Shown here in pieces: positions 16,030 through 24,633 of a DNA stretch of 64,000 nt (within the stretch, counting starts at the first letter, position 1; each line of letters begins with the position of its first letter). Source of the stretch: a virus (Duplodnaviria; Heunggongvirae; Uroviricota; Caudoviricetes); the IMG/VR virus record IMGVR_UViG_3300037454_000941, positions 138,063 through 202,062 of that record; one strand, written 5' to 3'. The notes below the pieces were generated by a model, which saw nothing but the letters and a program-made list of their open reading frames with translations, was not told the DNA's origin and did not search any database. Made by a program: the position numbers and the translations under genes.

Positions 16030-16227
16030 ATGTTAAAAACCATGTTCTACAAGAAACTCAAGACCTATAAGGCGAAAGACCTGCACCCAAACTGCGAGGT
16101 TGTCAAGAAAAAGAAGGTGGATATAGCTGTCAAGGAAATCAACCGCATCCTGTTTGACTACAAGTGGGACCTTGAACAAATCATGAGCCGGGTGTCCCGT
16201 TCGCTCGCCAAGATGACCGAAAAATGA
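16030..16227 (+). CDS. hypothetical small protein
   Basis: 65-aa ORF between the two motif copies. Confidence 0.4.
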   Translation: MLKTMFYKKLKTYKAKDLHPNCEVVKKKKVDIAVKEINRILFDYKWDLEQIMSRVSRSLAKMTEK

Positions 16228-16271
16228 CAGAGGCCCCGCGCCATATCCGACACCAGGCAGCCCATCGTTGG

Positions 16272-16305
16272 CTTACCGGGGCTTCCGGGACGAAGAATTA
16301 AATCT
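16272..16305 (+). repeat. intergenic motif copy 2 (GGGGCTTCCGGGACGAAGAATTAAAT)
   Basis: direct repeat of the 15975 motif. Confidence 0.4.
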
Positions 16306-16338
16306 ACAAGTGCAAACCATTGAATATGCTAATAGGAA

Positions 16339-16977
16339 GTGGATGGAACAATGATTGGAAATGAAGAGCAGCACTATCCGATATTACCCGGAATGGAACT
16401 CCCGCACAATATCAAGGTGGAGGTTCACAAGGGCGAACTCGAACACCTGAGACAGACCATTTCTGACTTCGGGCATATAGTCGAGGAGAACGATCGTCTT
16501 AGGGAAAAGGTCGCCTCCTTGCAACGCCAGATTGCCACGGGCACTCCATGGAACCCGTGGATCCCGGTCGAGGACAACCCGCCGAAGGTTTCTGATGGGT
16601 TGTTCTATATCATGTGGGAGGATGGGTGCTTAGATACCGGTCTCGTGGCACCGAGCACTGGAGAAATTGTTCCACAGACGCCCAGGTCGCTCTATGAACT
16701 GACCGGTGACGAGGGACATTCGATTGAATGGTGGATGCCCGCGCCACCGCGTCCCGAAAAGATATCGCCACCGGCTGAAATGCCTACAAAAACTCCGGAA
16801 AAGGCATATGTGGTTGTCTTGAAGATGATGGACTCATGGTGCCTTGTTGGAAAGAAGGTTTTCACAAAATTCGAGGATGCCGAGAGGTTCCGTTTGCGGG
16901 CACAGGAAAAGACTCAGAAAATACTGGATACGGAAGAGGTCAAGCTCCTGGATAGTTACACCCCGCCACAGAAATGA
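16339..16977 (+). CDS. hypothetical protein
   Basis: 212-aa ORF. Confidence 0.6.
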   Translation: MDGTMIGNEEQHYPILPGMELPHNIKVEVHKGELEHLRQTISDFGHIVEENDRLREKVASLQRQIATGTPWNPWIPVEDNPPKVSDGLFYIMWEDGCLDTGLVAPSTGEIVPQTPRSLYELTGDEGHSIEWWMPAPPRPEKISPPAEMPTKTPEKAYVVVLKMMDSWCLVGKKVFTKFEDAERFRLRAQEKTQKILDTEEVKLLDSYTPPQK

Positions 16978-16983
16978 GCATGC

Positions 16984-17010
16984 AGGTTGCCGCAAGGCAA
17001 CCTTTTTGCT
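16984..17010 (+). terminator. Rho-independent terminator overlapping next promoter
   Basis: GGTTGCC-GCAA-GGCAACC + TTTTT. Confidence 0.55.
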
Positions 17011-17016
17011 ACATTT
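17005..17016 (+). promoter_or_regulatory. extended -10 promoter motif (TTTGCTACATTT)
   Basis: 5 nt upstream of ATG 17022. Confidence 0.55.
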
Positions 17017-17021
17017 GGGAC

Positions 17022-18257
17022 ATGAAGATTGAAGAAAAGTACATTTCCGAGACAGTCAAGAAGGGTATCGGCTTGCTCGCCGAAATCCATAAGCGCGGAC
17101 ACGAGGCATACATTGCCGGTGGCGCCGTGCGCGACCTCGTAATTCGCCAGTTGCACATGGTGCCGGGTTCCGAAAATGAAGTTCCCGTGCATGACGTGGA
17201 CATAGCGACCAACATGCCCATCGAGGACCTGAAACTTGCCTTCCGCTGCGACTCCAATAACGGGGAAGCGCATGGCACGATCCTGGTCCATTATGATGGC
17301 CTGGTGTTCGAGGTGACCCAGTTCCGCGTCGATGGCAACTATTCCGACGGTCGCCACCCGGATTCGGTGAATTTCACCAAGTCCTTCAAGGAAGACTGCG
17401 CCCGGCGTGACTTTACCATTAACGCTATGGGTCTGGACAAGGACCTCAATGTCATCGACTATTTCGGCGGTATCGACGACCTGGTATTCCGTCGTCTCCG
17501 TGCAGTGGGCAACCCGTATGACCGCATGACCGAGGATTCCCTCCGTATCATTCGCGGTATGCGATTTGCCGCCCGTTTCGGTTTCGTGATTGACGACCTT
17601 ACCAAGTTGGCCATGCGCAGCCGCCTGCACCACATCAAGAGCGTGGCGATGGAGCGCATCCATGACGAATTGCACAAGTGTGCCGAGTATGGCGTGCTGC
17701 CTTTCGCGAACATGATTGGGTACCTGTCCGAGTATGGCATCGGAACAATTTTCCAGGATGTCGGCTTCTGCTTTGACCGTCAGCGCATGCTCGTGGAATC
17801 CTTGGTACACGGAAACGTGGATGCCGATACAATCATGTCGGTATTCATCTGCATGCTGCCGAAGAAGAGCATGGAATGGCTCCGCTGCACCCGTAAGGAA
17901 ATCCGCATGGCCGAGCGCATCAGGGATGGTCTTATTGGCATCATGTCCGGGAAGTTCGGTCTTGCCGATGAGCAGTTGCTCTATTCCGTTGAACTGGCCG
18001 CTTCCCCGGAATTCAGGCTCATTACCAACCTGTACCGCGAACTGAACCCGTATGGTACCGCCCTGGGTGATGGTGCGGCGACGATATGCGATGTCATTGC
18101 GCGTTGCAGGAAGGGCGAACCCGAATACGGAAAGCAGGTTGCCGCGGAAGGTATCCAGGAAGGGCCTGAATTTGGCAAGCGCCTGCGGGAAGTCATCCTC
18201 GCCGATTACAAGCGCATCAAGGATGGCTGGGACAAATCATGCAATAGGATGTGGTAA
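17022..18257 (+). CDS. cca: tRNA nucleotidyltransferase (CCA-adding enzyme)
   Basis: GGAVRDLV...DVDIATN head domain, RRDFTINA, DRMTEDSLRIIRGMRFAARFGF motifs of class II CCA enzymes/poly(A) polymerases. Confidence 0.85.
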   Translation: MKIEEKYISETVKKGIGLLAEIHKRGHEAYIAGGAVRDLVIRQLHMVPGSENEVPVHDVDIATNMPIEDLKLAFRCDSNNGEAHGTILVHYDGLVFEVTQFRVDGNYSDGRHPDSVNFTKSFKEDCARRDFTINAMGLDKDLNVIDYFGGIDDLVFRRLRAVGNPYDRMTEDSLRIIRGMRFAARFGFVIDDLTKLAMRSRLHHIKSVAMERIHDELHKCAEYGVLPFANMIGYLSEYGIGTIFQDVGFCFDRQRMLVESLVHGNVDADTIMSVFICMLPKKSMEWLRCTRKEIRMAERIRDGLIGIMSGKFGLADEQLLYSVELAASPEFRLITNLYRELNPYGTALGDGAATICDVIARCRKGEPEYGKQVAAEGIQEGPEFGKRLREVILADYKRIKDGWDKSCNRMW

Positions 18258-18259
18258 TT

Positions 18260-18598
18260 ATGGCAAAACCCACATGGACAGAAATTAGTGAGTTCAAGGA
18301 CTGGATGGTCGAGCGCGGTTATGAAACCGACCGTGGCCGCAGACGCTTCAAGAAGGGAAAGGATGGGATTTCGTTGGAATTCTGGATTGGCGAGTGTGCC
18401 AACGGTTCATTCAAGTGCCTCAATGCGCAGGTTCAACTGAATTTCGTTGACACATGGTTTCATACTGCCGGCATATTCCGTACCGGGGCGTTCATGCCGT
18501 GCAAGACACTCTCGCATGAGTATGTGCTCATGTGCGAACTCCAGCACCGCAAGATTGAACTGGAACCGAATCCTTCTTCGCCAAGGCAAATAACCTGA
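18260..18598 (+). CDS. hypothetical protein
   Basis: 112-aa ORF. Confidence 0.5.
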   Translation: MAKPTWTEISEFKDWMVERGYETDRGRRRFKKGKDGISLEFWIGECANGSFKCLNAQVQLNFVDTWFHTAGIFRTGAFMPCKTLSHEYVLMCELQHRKIELEPNPSSPRQIT

Positions 18599-18613
18599 TT
18601 GCCGAAACGACCG

Positions 18614-19486
18614 ATGAAATCAAGAAAATTAACCGCGGAGCACAGAATGCCTAACGACATCAGAAAGTACAACATCGGCATCTTCGAGAACACGATGGGC
18701 AAGATTAACGATGACCCTATGCTCGGGGATATCATCAAGAAGTCCATCTTGAACCAGGTGTTCCACCTGAAACCGGTGGATATCAAGTCCATCGCCCCGA
18801 TTTACGACGAGGATTGCCCGGTTACGGTCTCCCGCGACCGTTCGATTGACAGTGCCTTGAGGTGGAAGAAGGCCATTCCAGGTGGCAAGGTGGCCGTCCT
18901 CAACTTTGCGAGCGCGACCCGTCCCGGTGGCGGTGTGGTTACTGGGTCCTCTGCCCAGGAAGAGTGCATCTGCCGTTGCACCACGCTCTACCCGTGCCTT
19001 ACGACCCAGGAAGCGGATATCCGTTTCTATGACCCACACCGCAAGAACGTGGGCCCGTTGCACAACGACGACATCATCTATACGCCGAATGTCGCAATTC
19101 TCCGTAACGATGATTACGACTGGCTCCCTGAGCCGGTGTTCATCGACGTGATTACCTGCGCCGCGCCCAACCTGCGCGAGAAGAACATTTCCAAGTACAA
19201 CCAGGAACGTGAACCCGCGCCGGATATTTCTCCCGAGGAATTGAAGGCACTCCATGTGTCCCGTGCCCGTCAGATTTTGAACTCCGCGGCGCAGCAGTTT
19301 GCGGATGTGGTCATCCTCGGCGCGTTCGGATGCGGTGCCTTCCGTAATGACCCGGAAGTTGTCGCGGCTGCCTACAAGGAAGTCGTGCCGGAATTCCGTA
19401 AGCGCTTCAAGGCAATCGAGTTTGCCGTATATTGCCGTGGAGCGGACACCGAAAACTTTGAAGCGTTCCAGAAGGTGTTCGGATGA
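18614..19486 (+). CDS. bacterial-type poly(ADP-ribose) glycohydrolase-like protein (DUF2263 / macrodomain family)
   Basis: PARG signature GGG-X7-QEE present as GGGVVTGSSAQEE, preceded by VLNFASA. Confidence 0.7.
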   Translation: MKSRKLTAEHRMPNDIRKYNIGIFENTMGKINDDPMLGDIIKKSILNQVFHLKPVDIKSIAPIYDEDCPVTVSRDRSIDSALRWKKAIPGGKVAVLNFASATRPGGGVVTGSSAQEECICRCTTLYPCLTTQEADIRFYDPHRKNVGPLHNDDIIYTPNVAILRNDDYDWLPEPVFIDVITCAAPNLREKNISKYNQEREPAPDISPEELKALHVSRARQILNSAAQQFADVVILGAFGCGAFRNDPEVVAAAYKEVVPEFRKRFKAIEFAVYCRGADTENFEAFQKVFG

Positions 19487-20013
19487 TCGATTGCAAAGGT
19501 AATACTCTCGAAGCAATTGAGAAGGACTGTTCCCAACCGGGGTGGTATGCTATCTATTCGGATGGGCGCCCCAATGAGGCCGTATCTCCTGCCGTAATCG
19601 CCCAGGCGCGGCTCATTCAGCCGTTTGTCCCCATCGAAATGGAGCTTTTCCCGTGTCCGGACGGTTCCGTACAGTGGGAAGATGCCGACCATACCCTCGA
19701 AGTGTATGCCGACAAGTTCAAGTACGATGACGAGGAAGTGTCCTTCGGGGATGCGGTTGAAAAATTGAATGCTCTTGATTACAATGAGCGCGAGTTCAAG
19801 CTGGAACTTACGTTTCCAAAGGAATTCCGCGAACATTTCCAGCGTGACCAGTTCAAGGACTCGCTTGGGAGGCTCGCGTTCGATGCACGGGAGCTCTTCA
19901 AGGAAAAGATGCTGCACAAGCCGAATACGCCGTGCACGTTGAGTGGTCTTGAAGAGGTTGAACTCATTGAGAAAATCAGGGATGCGGTCGCGTCCGGGAG
20001 GATAGTCAAGTGA
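19483..20013 (+). CDS. hypothetical protein
   Basis: 176-aa ORF. Confidence 0.55.
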   Translation: MIDCKGNTLEAIEKDCSQPGWYAIYSDGRPNEAVSPAVIAQARLIQPFVPIEMELFPCPDGSVQWEDADHTLEVYADKFKYDDEEVSFGDAVEKLNALDYNEREFKLELTFPKEFREHFQRDQFKDSLGRLAFDARELFKEKMLHKPNTPCTLSGLEEVELIEKIRDAVASGRIVK

Positions 20014-20255
20014 TTGAATGGATCCAGGATAACAAGTGGCGCATCGTAATCCCGGAAGGGACGATGCACAAGTTCCGCGTTGACAACAAGCCGTATGTTG
20101 TGAACCTCATGTGCAACAGTTTCAATGCGTTCCGCAACTATCTGCAGACAGGACGCCTTGGCTTGTTCGATGGCCTGTCCGCAAAGGATTGGGAAACTGT
20201 AAGGAAGATAGCCATCGGCAGGCGGGACATTCCGTTGAAAGTCAACCTTGCGTAA
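20010..20255 (+). CDS. hypothetical protein
   Basis: 81-aa ORF. Confidence 0.45.
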   Translation: MIEWIQDNKWRIVIPEGTMHKFRVDNKPYVVNLMCNSFNAFRNYLQTGRLGLFDGLSAKDWETVRKIAIGRRDIPLKVNLA

Positions 20256-20290
20256 GATTTAACATAATGCGGTTTCCAAATGACCGCATT

Positions 20291-20303
20291 TTTGCTATAT
20301 TTT
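20291..20303 (+). promoter_or_regulatory. extended -10 promoter motif (TTTGCTATATTTT)
   Basis: 4 nt upstream of ATG 20308. Confidence 0.55.
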
Positions 20304-20307
20304 GAAC

Positions 20308-21654
20308 ATGAACGATAATAGCGAAATTTTCAAGAACAACATACCCGAACTCCCGCCATTCTCGAAGGAACTCGAACACTACTGGGAAGAACAGGTGACC
20401 AACGGTGCCATGTCCGAAACCGAGAAGAGGGTCCATGAAAAGGGTATCCTCCTCATCAAGGTGGCCGCGGGTTCGCAGTCGTTCGGTCTTGCCACCGAGA
20501 CTTCCGATGTGGACATTCACGGTGTGTATATCCTGAAATGGAGCGAGCGCATCAAGCACGATGCCCCGAGCCAGATTGCCGACGAGAAGAACAACGAGGT
20601 CTACTGGGACATCACGAAGTTCCTTACCGAGTTGAACTCCGCCAATCCCCAGGCCCTCGAAATGCTCTATGCTCCGAAGCATTGCGTATTTGTGGGCCAG
20701 TCTATCCTCGAAATCCTCCGAAAGAAATTTGACTTCCTCACCATGCGTTGTGACAAGTCGTTCTGCGAGTATGCCCGTGGCCAGGTTGACCGTGCGAAGG
20801 GCCTGAACAAGAAGGTATTCGATCCGCAGCCGGAGAGGCGCCCGCGTTTCGTCGATTTCATCTATGTCCTCGATGGCAACCTCGCCACTCCCCTCATGGA
20901 ATGGATTAAGGCCAATTATCGCGGCAAGCCGGAAGAAGTCCAGCGTTGGTTCTCCATCGCCCGGATCGACCATGGCGATTGCATCTACGCGGTGTATTTC
21001 CAGAAGAAGTCGCTGTCCATCAGTATCCGCGAATTCGTCCGGAAATGCCTCTCCAAGGTATTCAAGGGTGTCCGTCAGCTTCCCGAGCACAAGTGGCGTT
21101 GGGGCTATGGTGTCGTCCGTGACATCGAGCGCAGCGATGATATTCAACTCAACTCCATCCCGAAGGGTTTGAGCCCTGTTGCCCATATCTTTGTGAACCG
21201 CAACGACTTTGCGCGTAAGTGCAAGAAGTGGCACGAGTATTGGGACTGGGTCAAGGCCCGTAACGAGGAACGCTACAACACCACCTTGAAGCATGGCCAG
21301 GGCTACGATGCGAAGAACATCATGCACTGTGTCCGTCTGCTCCTTACCGCCTACGGTATCGCCACCGAGCATACCGTCCCGGTCTACCGTGCCGACAGGG
21401 ACCTCTGCAACAAGGTCTGCATGGATTACAACAAGCATCCGTACAGCAATGACCGTGACTTCCTCCTGGCAATCAAGAACGGTGACTGGACGTTCGATGA
21501 CATCATCGACTACATCGGCGAGCTTGGCAAGGAAGTGAACAAGGCGTTTGCCGCATCCGGATTGAAGGAAAGGGCATATACACCGGAAGAAATCGACAAG
21601 TTCTCCGTGGAACTTGCCGAGAAGTTGCTTCCGATGGATTGGGCTAATTTCTAA
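20308..21654 (+). CDS. pol-beta superfamily nucleotidyltransferase (predicted nucleotidyltransferase, PF10127-like)
   Basis: GSQSFGLATETSDVDIHGVYI = GS...SDxD nucleotidyltransferase motif. Confidence 0.65.
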   Translation: MNDNSEIFKNNIPELPPFSKELEHYWEEQVTNGAMSETEKRVHEKGILLIKVAAGSQSFGLATETSDVDIHGVYILKWSERIKHDAPSQIADEKNNEVYWDITKFLTELNSANPQALEMLYAPKHCVFVGQSILEILRKKFDFLTMRCDKSFCEYARGQVDRAKGLNKKVFDPQPERRPRFVDFIYVLDGNLATPLMEWIKANYRGKPEEVQRWFSIARIDHGDCIYAVYFQKKSLSISIREFVRKCLSKVFKGVRQLPEHKWRWGYGVVRDIERSDDIQLNSIPKGLSPVAHIFVNRNDFARKCKKWHEYWDWVKARNEERYNTTLKHGQGYDAKNIMHCVRLLLTAYGIATEHTVPVYRADRDLCNKVCMDYNKHPYSNDRDFLLAIKNGDWTFDDIIDYIGELGKEVNKAFAASGLKERAYTPEEIDKFSVELAEKLLPMDWANF

Positions 21655-21670
21655 CAAAAAAGGAAACAAT

Positions 21671-22384
21671 ATGAGAAACAATGATAATGCAGATATCAAT
21701 GAACGTGTTGGTGAAGTGCTTTCCAAGTATGGCATAGCACTAATCTGTGACGATCAGACCATGGTGTCCAAGTTGATCCGCGGCAACCAGACGGTGGGTG
21801 AACTCGACTACACCACGGATGTCGCCAGTGGGGCGAGGAAGATGGTGATCAATTTCGAAGATGCCGGTCTCTTTTACATTGCGGAGGGTGGCTCGGACAT
21901 GGAAGCGGACCTGGCGTATCTCGAAGACAAGCTCCCCGAGATGTTCGTGGGCGGTGGCTTGAAAGTCAAGGTACAGTACCTCAACGACCGGGTGAAGCGC
22001 CTCAGCATGAACGCCAAGGGTGACTGGGTGGACATGTACGCAGCCGAGACGGTTGAACTGAAGCAGGGCGAACACAAGCTCATCCACCTCGGCGTGGCCA
22101 TGAAGCTCCCGGAAGGCTACGAGGCCCATCTTGTGCCGCGTTCCTCCACCTTCAAGAAGTGGGGTATCATCCAGGCCAACCATGTCGGCATCATCGACAA
22201 CTCCTATTCCGGTCCGGAAGACTGGTGGAAGATGTCCGTCATCGCCATGCGCGACACCGTCATCAACAAGGATGACAAGATTTGCCAGTTCCGCATCGTG
22301 GAACGCCAACCGAAGCTCTCCTTCGTTGAAGGCAAGATGGAAGGCGAGTCTCGCGGTGGGTTCGGTTCAACGGGTTCCAAGTAG
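21671..22384 (+). CDS. dut: dUTP diphosphatase (dUTPase) with N-terminal extension
   Basis: dUTPase motif 3 GIIDNSYSG and motif 5 RGGFGSTG at C-terminus; RBS AAAAAGGAAAC. Confidence 0.75.
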   Translation: MRNNDNADINERVGEVLSKYGIALICDDQTMVSKLIRGNQTVGELDYTTDVASGARKMVINFEDAGLFYIAEGGSDMEADLAYLEDKLPEMFVGGGLKVKVQYLNDRVKRLSMNAKGDWVDMYAAETVELKQGEHKLIHLGVAMKLPEGYEAHLVPRSSTFKKWGIIQANHVGIIDNSYSGPEDWWKMSVIAMRDTVINKDDKICQFRIVERQPKLSFVEGKMEGESRGGFGSTGSK

Positions 22385-22387
22385 CCG

Positions 22388-22672
22388 ATGTATCTGTATC
22401 GTCACAGGGTAATCCACCTAAATGAATTCTACAGGGTCTTGGGGGACCGGGTGGTGAAATTCACCCTGGTCCGTGACTCGTACCGGTTCTTCAACGGGCT
22501 TATAGTGTATGAGACCAATTCCCTGCGTGACGATTTGGACCTGGATACGGTTCCAATGAAAAAGAGGTATGAGATGGCGATGCTGCTCAATGAGGCACGA
22601 TATGCTATCCTGTCCACGCATTGGAAAGCAATGGTATACAACCCTGATAGGTTCATCAGAACTTGTCGATAA
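22388..22672 (+). CDS. hypothetical protein
   Basis: 94-aa ORF. Confidence 0.35.
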   Translation: MYLYRHRVIHLNEFYRVLGDRVVKFTLVRDSYRFFNGLIVYETNSLRDDLDLDTVPMKKRYEMAMLLNEARYAILSTHWKAMVYNPDRFIRTCR

Positions 22673-22692
22673 CTAAACCCGGAGAGGAAACC

Positions 22693-23094
22693 ATGAAGTT
22701 CACTAAACTATCAACCGAAAAACAGATTGCTATATTTGAGAAGGTAAAAGCCATTTTTGGTGAATTCAAGGGGTTGGTCTGTAGGACGGCTGAACCATGT
22801 GATGGCATGGTTGGTGAATACAATATCGCCGCGTGCATTAAGCATCCGGCATTTATGGACGGGTCGGCGCTAATTGCAGTCTACGATGGCATTAGTGGAA
22901 AGCTATCGGTATATGATTACCTAAAAGTATGCTATGGCGGTCTGGGTTTCGGGTCGTGCGGAAAGGATCTTGATGTCGTTCGTGATCATGATGAGATCGT
23001 GAATAGAATCAATCAGGCCCTGTTAATTGCGTCCGCGCTTAAAGAAATTCCCATGGACATCAAATCCGTGGAAGCCCGGAATGCTGCGCGTTGA
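22693..23094 (+). CDS. hypothetical protein
   Basis: GGAGAGG RBS then ATG. Confidence 0.55.
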   Translation: MKFTKLSTEKQIAIFEKVKAIFGEFKGLVCRTAEPCDGMVGEYNIAACIKHPAFMDGSALIAVYDGISGKLSVYDYLKVCYGGLGFGSCGKDLDVVRDHDEIVNRINQALLIASALKEIPMDIKSVEARNAAR

Positions 23095-23105
23095 TAAGGT
23101 AAAAC

Positions 23106-23339
23106 ATGGATAACTCTGAATTATATAGGTCCATATGCAAACTACGGATAGCGCATGCCAAACTGAAAAAACACCTGGCATTTGAAAATTCTGACTATAA
23201 AAAATATGACGATTATATGCGGGAGCATTATTTCTGGAAGCATGCAGAAGAATACTGGCGCGCTAAATTATTAAGTTCTTGTAGTGTGCTGTCCATGAAA
23301 TCAAGTTTGCAAAAGGATGTCCAGCAACTATCCGCATAA
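23106..23339 (+). CDS. hypothetical protein
   Basis: 77-aa ORF. Confidence 0.4.
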   Translation: MDNSELYRSICKLRIAHAKLKKHLAFENSDYKKYDDYMREHYFWKHAEEYWRAKLLSSCSVLSMKSSLQKDVQQLSA

Positions 23340-23514
23340 TGTGGATCCGGAAGGTGTGCACATGCTGAAGAAGCGTGTAATGCGTTCGGCTCCGTTCACC
23401 TGCCCACGCGGCGCGAACCGGTATCTCGCAATGGACCACGCGACACACCTGACCGTGGAAGATATGCGTTTCGTTTTGTTCCCGGTGCGAGGCTAGTTGC
23501 CATATGGTTCCCGG

Positions 23515-23526
23515 TTTGCTACATTT
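23515..23526 (+). promoter_or_regulatory. extended -10 promoter motif (TTTGCTACATTT)
   Basis: 5 nt upstream of ATG 23532. Confidence 0.5.
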
Positions 23527-23531
23527 GCGGC

Positions 23532-24257
23532 ATGAATAGTATGCATACGATGAGTGACAAAGCCGACAGGTTGATTGATATCCTTGGAGCCGAGGATCCG
23601 GTACAGTCCATTCTCGACAATGGGGACCTGTTCCCGTTTGTCGAAAAGGAAATGATGGGGGTGGCTCATCCGAAGGTGCACTGCGAAGGGGACGTGTGGG
23701 AACACACTGCCCTCGTGATCCGCAGTTTGCGCCCAGGCCACGACTGGGTGGATGTCCTCATCGCCCTTTTCCACGATGCCGGCAAGAAGCGTGCGCTGGA
23801 AAGGAACCAGGGCAAGAACATGGCCGGGCATGAACTTTTTAGCCTGGACATATTCAACGAATGGATCCTGAAGGAAGTCGGGATGATGCTCCCGCCGATT
23901 GCACCGCTCAGGTGGGTAATCGAGAACCACATGAACGTGATTAACCTTGGCCAGGTGAAGTCGGAATACAAGGTCATGAAGATCGTGACCGACCAGAGTT
24001 TCCCCAGGCTCTGCACGCTCGGGTATGCGGATACCGCGGCCACTCTCGGGCCGGACATGAAGCCCATCCATGATTTCAAGAAGGAAGTGCTGGATGTGCC
24101 GAAGGTATCCGCTGGCTCGGCATGTACCAGCCGGCACCCATCGCGGTGGAAGAGGATTTCTACATCAATGGTGTCCCGGCGGTCTTCCTCAGGGAAGCGG
24201 TGGAGTTCGGGCTCAAACTGCAGATTAACGGAAGGATTACCGACCGTCAGTCGATAA
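23532..24257 (+). CDS. HD-domain phosphohydrolase (possible frameshift near 24100)
   Basis: AHPKVHCEGDVWEHT...ALFHDAGK HD motif; C-terminal 50 aa look like out-of-frame junk while overlapping ORF 24122..24352 continues plausibly. Confidence 0.6.
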   Translation: MNSMHTMSDKADRLIDILGAEDPVQSILDNGDLFPFVEKEMMGVAHPKVHCEGDVWEHTALVIRSLRPGHDWVDVLIALFHDAGKKRALERNQGKNMAGHELFSLDIFNEWILKEVGMMLPPIAPLRWVIENHMNVINLGQVKSEYKVMKIVTDQSFPRLCTLGYADTAATLGPDMKPIHDFKKEVLDVPKVSAGSACTSRHPSRWKRISTSMVSRRSSSGKRWSSGSNCRLTEGLPTVSR

Positions 24258-24351
24258 TCAACGGCGTACTCGGCGACAAGGCTTTCCGCAAGAGGATCGA
24301 CGAGTGGTGCAATATCAATGTCAAGATTGCCGAAGAAAGGAAGATGCACTG

Positions 24352-24633
24352 ATGGAAACGATTTACCTTGACAAGAAACACCGCGCAAAGAAAGATGGGT
24401 TTGTCTGGATTCCCCAGTGGAAGGGCCTGTTCTTCTGGCATCCGTACACCCTGTGGACTGCCGACACGTGGATGGGGGATGTCGTCATGTACAGCAAGAG
24501 GGCGACCCCGCCGTCATTCGACACCGGGGAGAACGCCATCAGGTTCATCGAGCGAGTGCTTGCTACAGGGAAGGACAGGGTTTTCCACCTTGATGATGAG
24601 AACGAATATTTACCTGGATTAAGGAGCTGGTAA
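24352..24633 (+). CDS. hypothetical protein
   Basis: ATG 24352 in-frame with track ORF 24304..24633. Confidence 0.45.
   Translation: METIYLDKKHRAKKDGFVWIPQWKGLFFWHPYTLWTADTWMGDVVMYSKRATPPSFDTGENAIRFIERVLATGKDRVFHLDDENEYLPGLRSW

Noticed and set aside
16956-17810. Minus-strand ORF 16956-17810 (284 aa) inside the CCA-enzyme gene
   Set aside because: The plus-strand product has unmistakable CCA-adding enzyme motifs. The antisense ORF is an artefact.
20242-21735. Minus-strand ORF 20242-21735 (497 aa) opposite the nucleotidyltransferase gene
   Set aside because: The plus-strand gene starts exactly at the promoter motif and carries the GS...SDxD motif. The antisense frame is a GC artefact.
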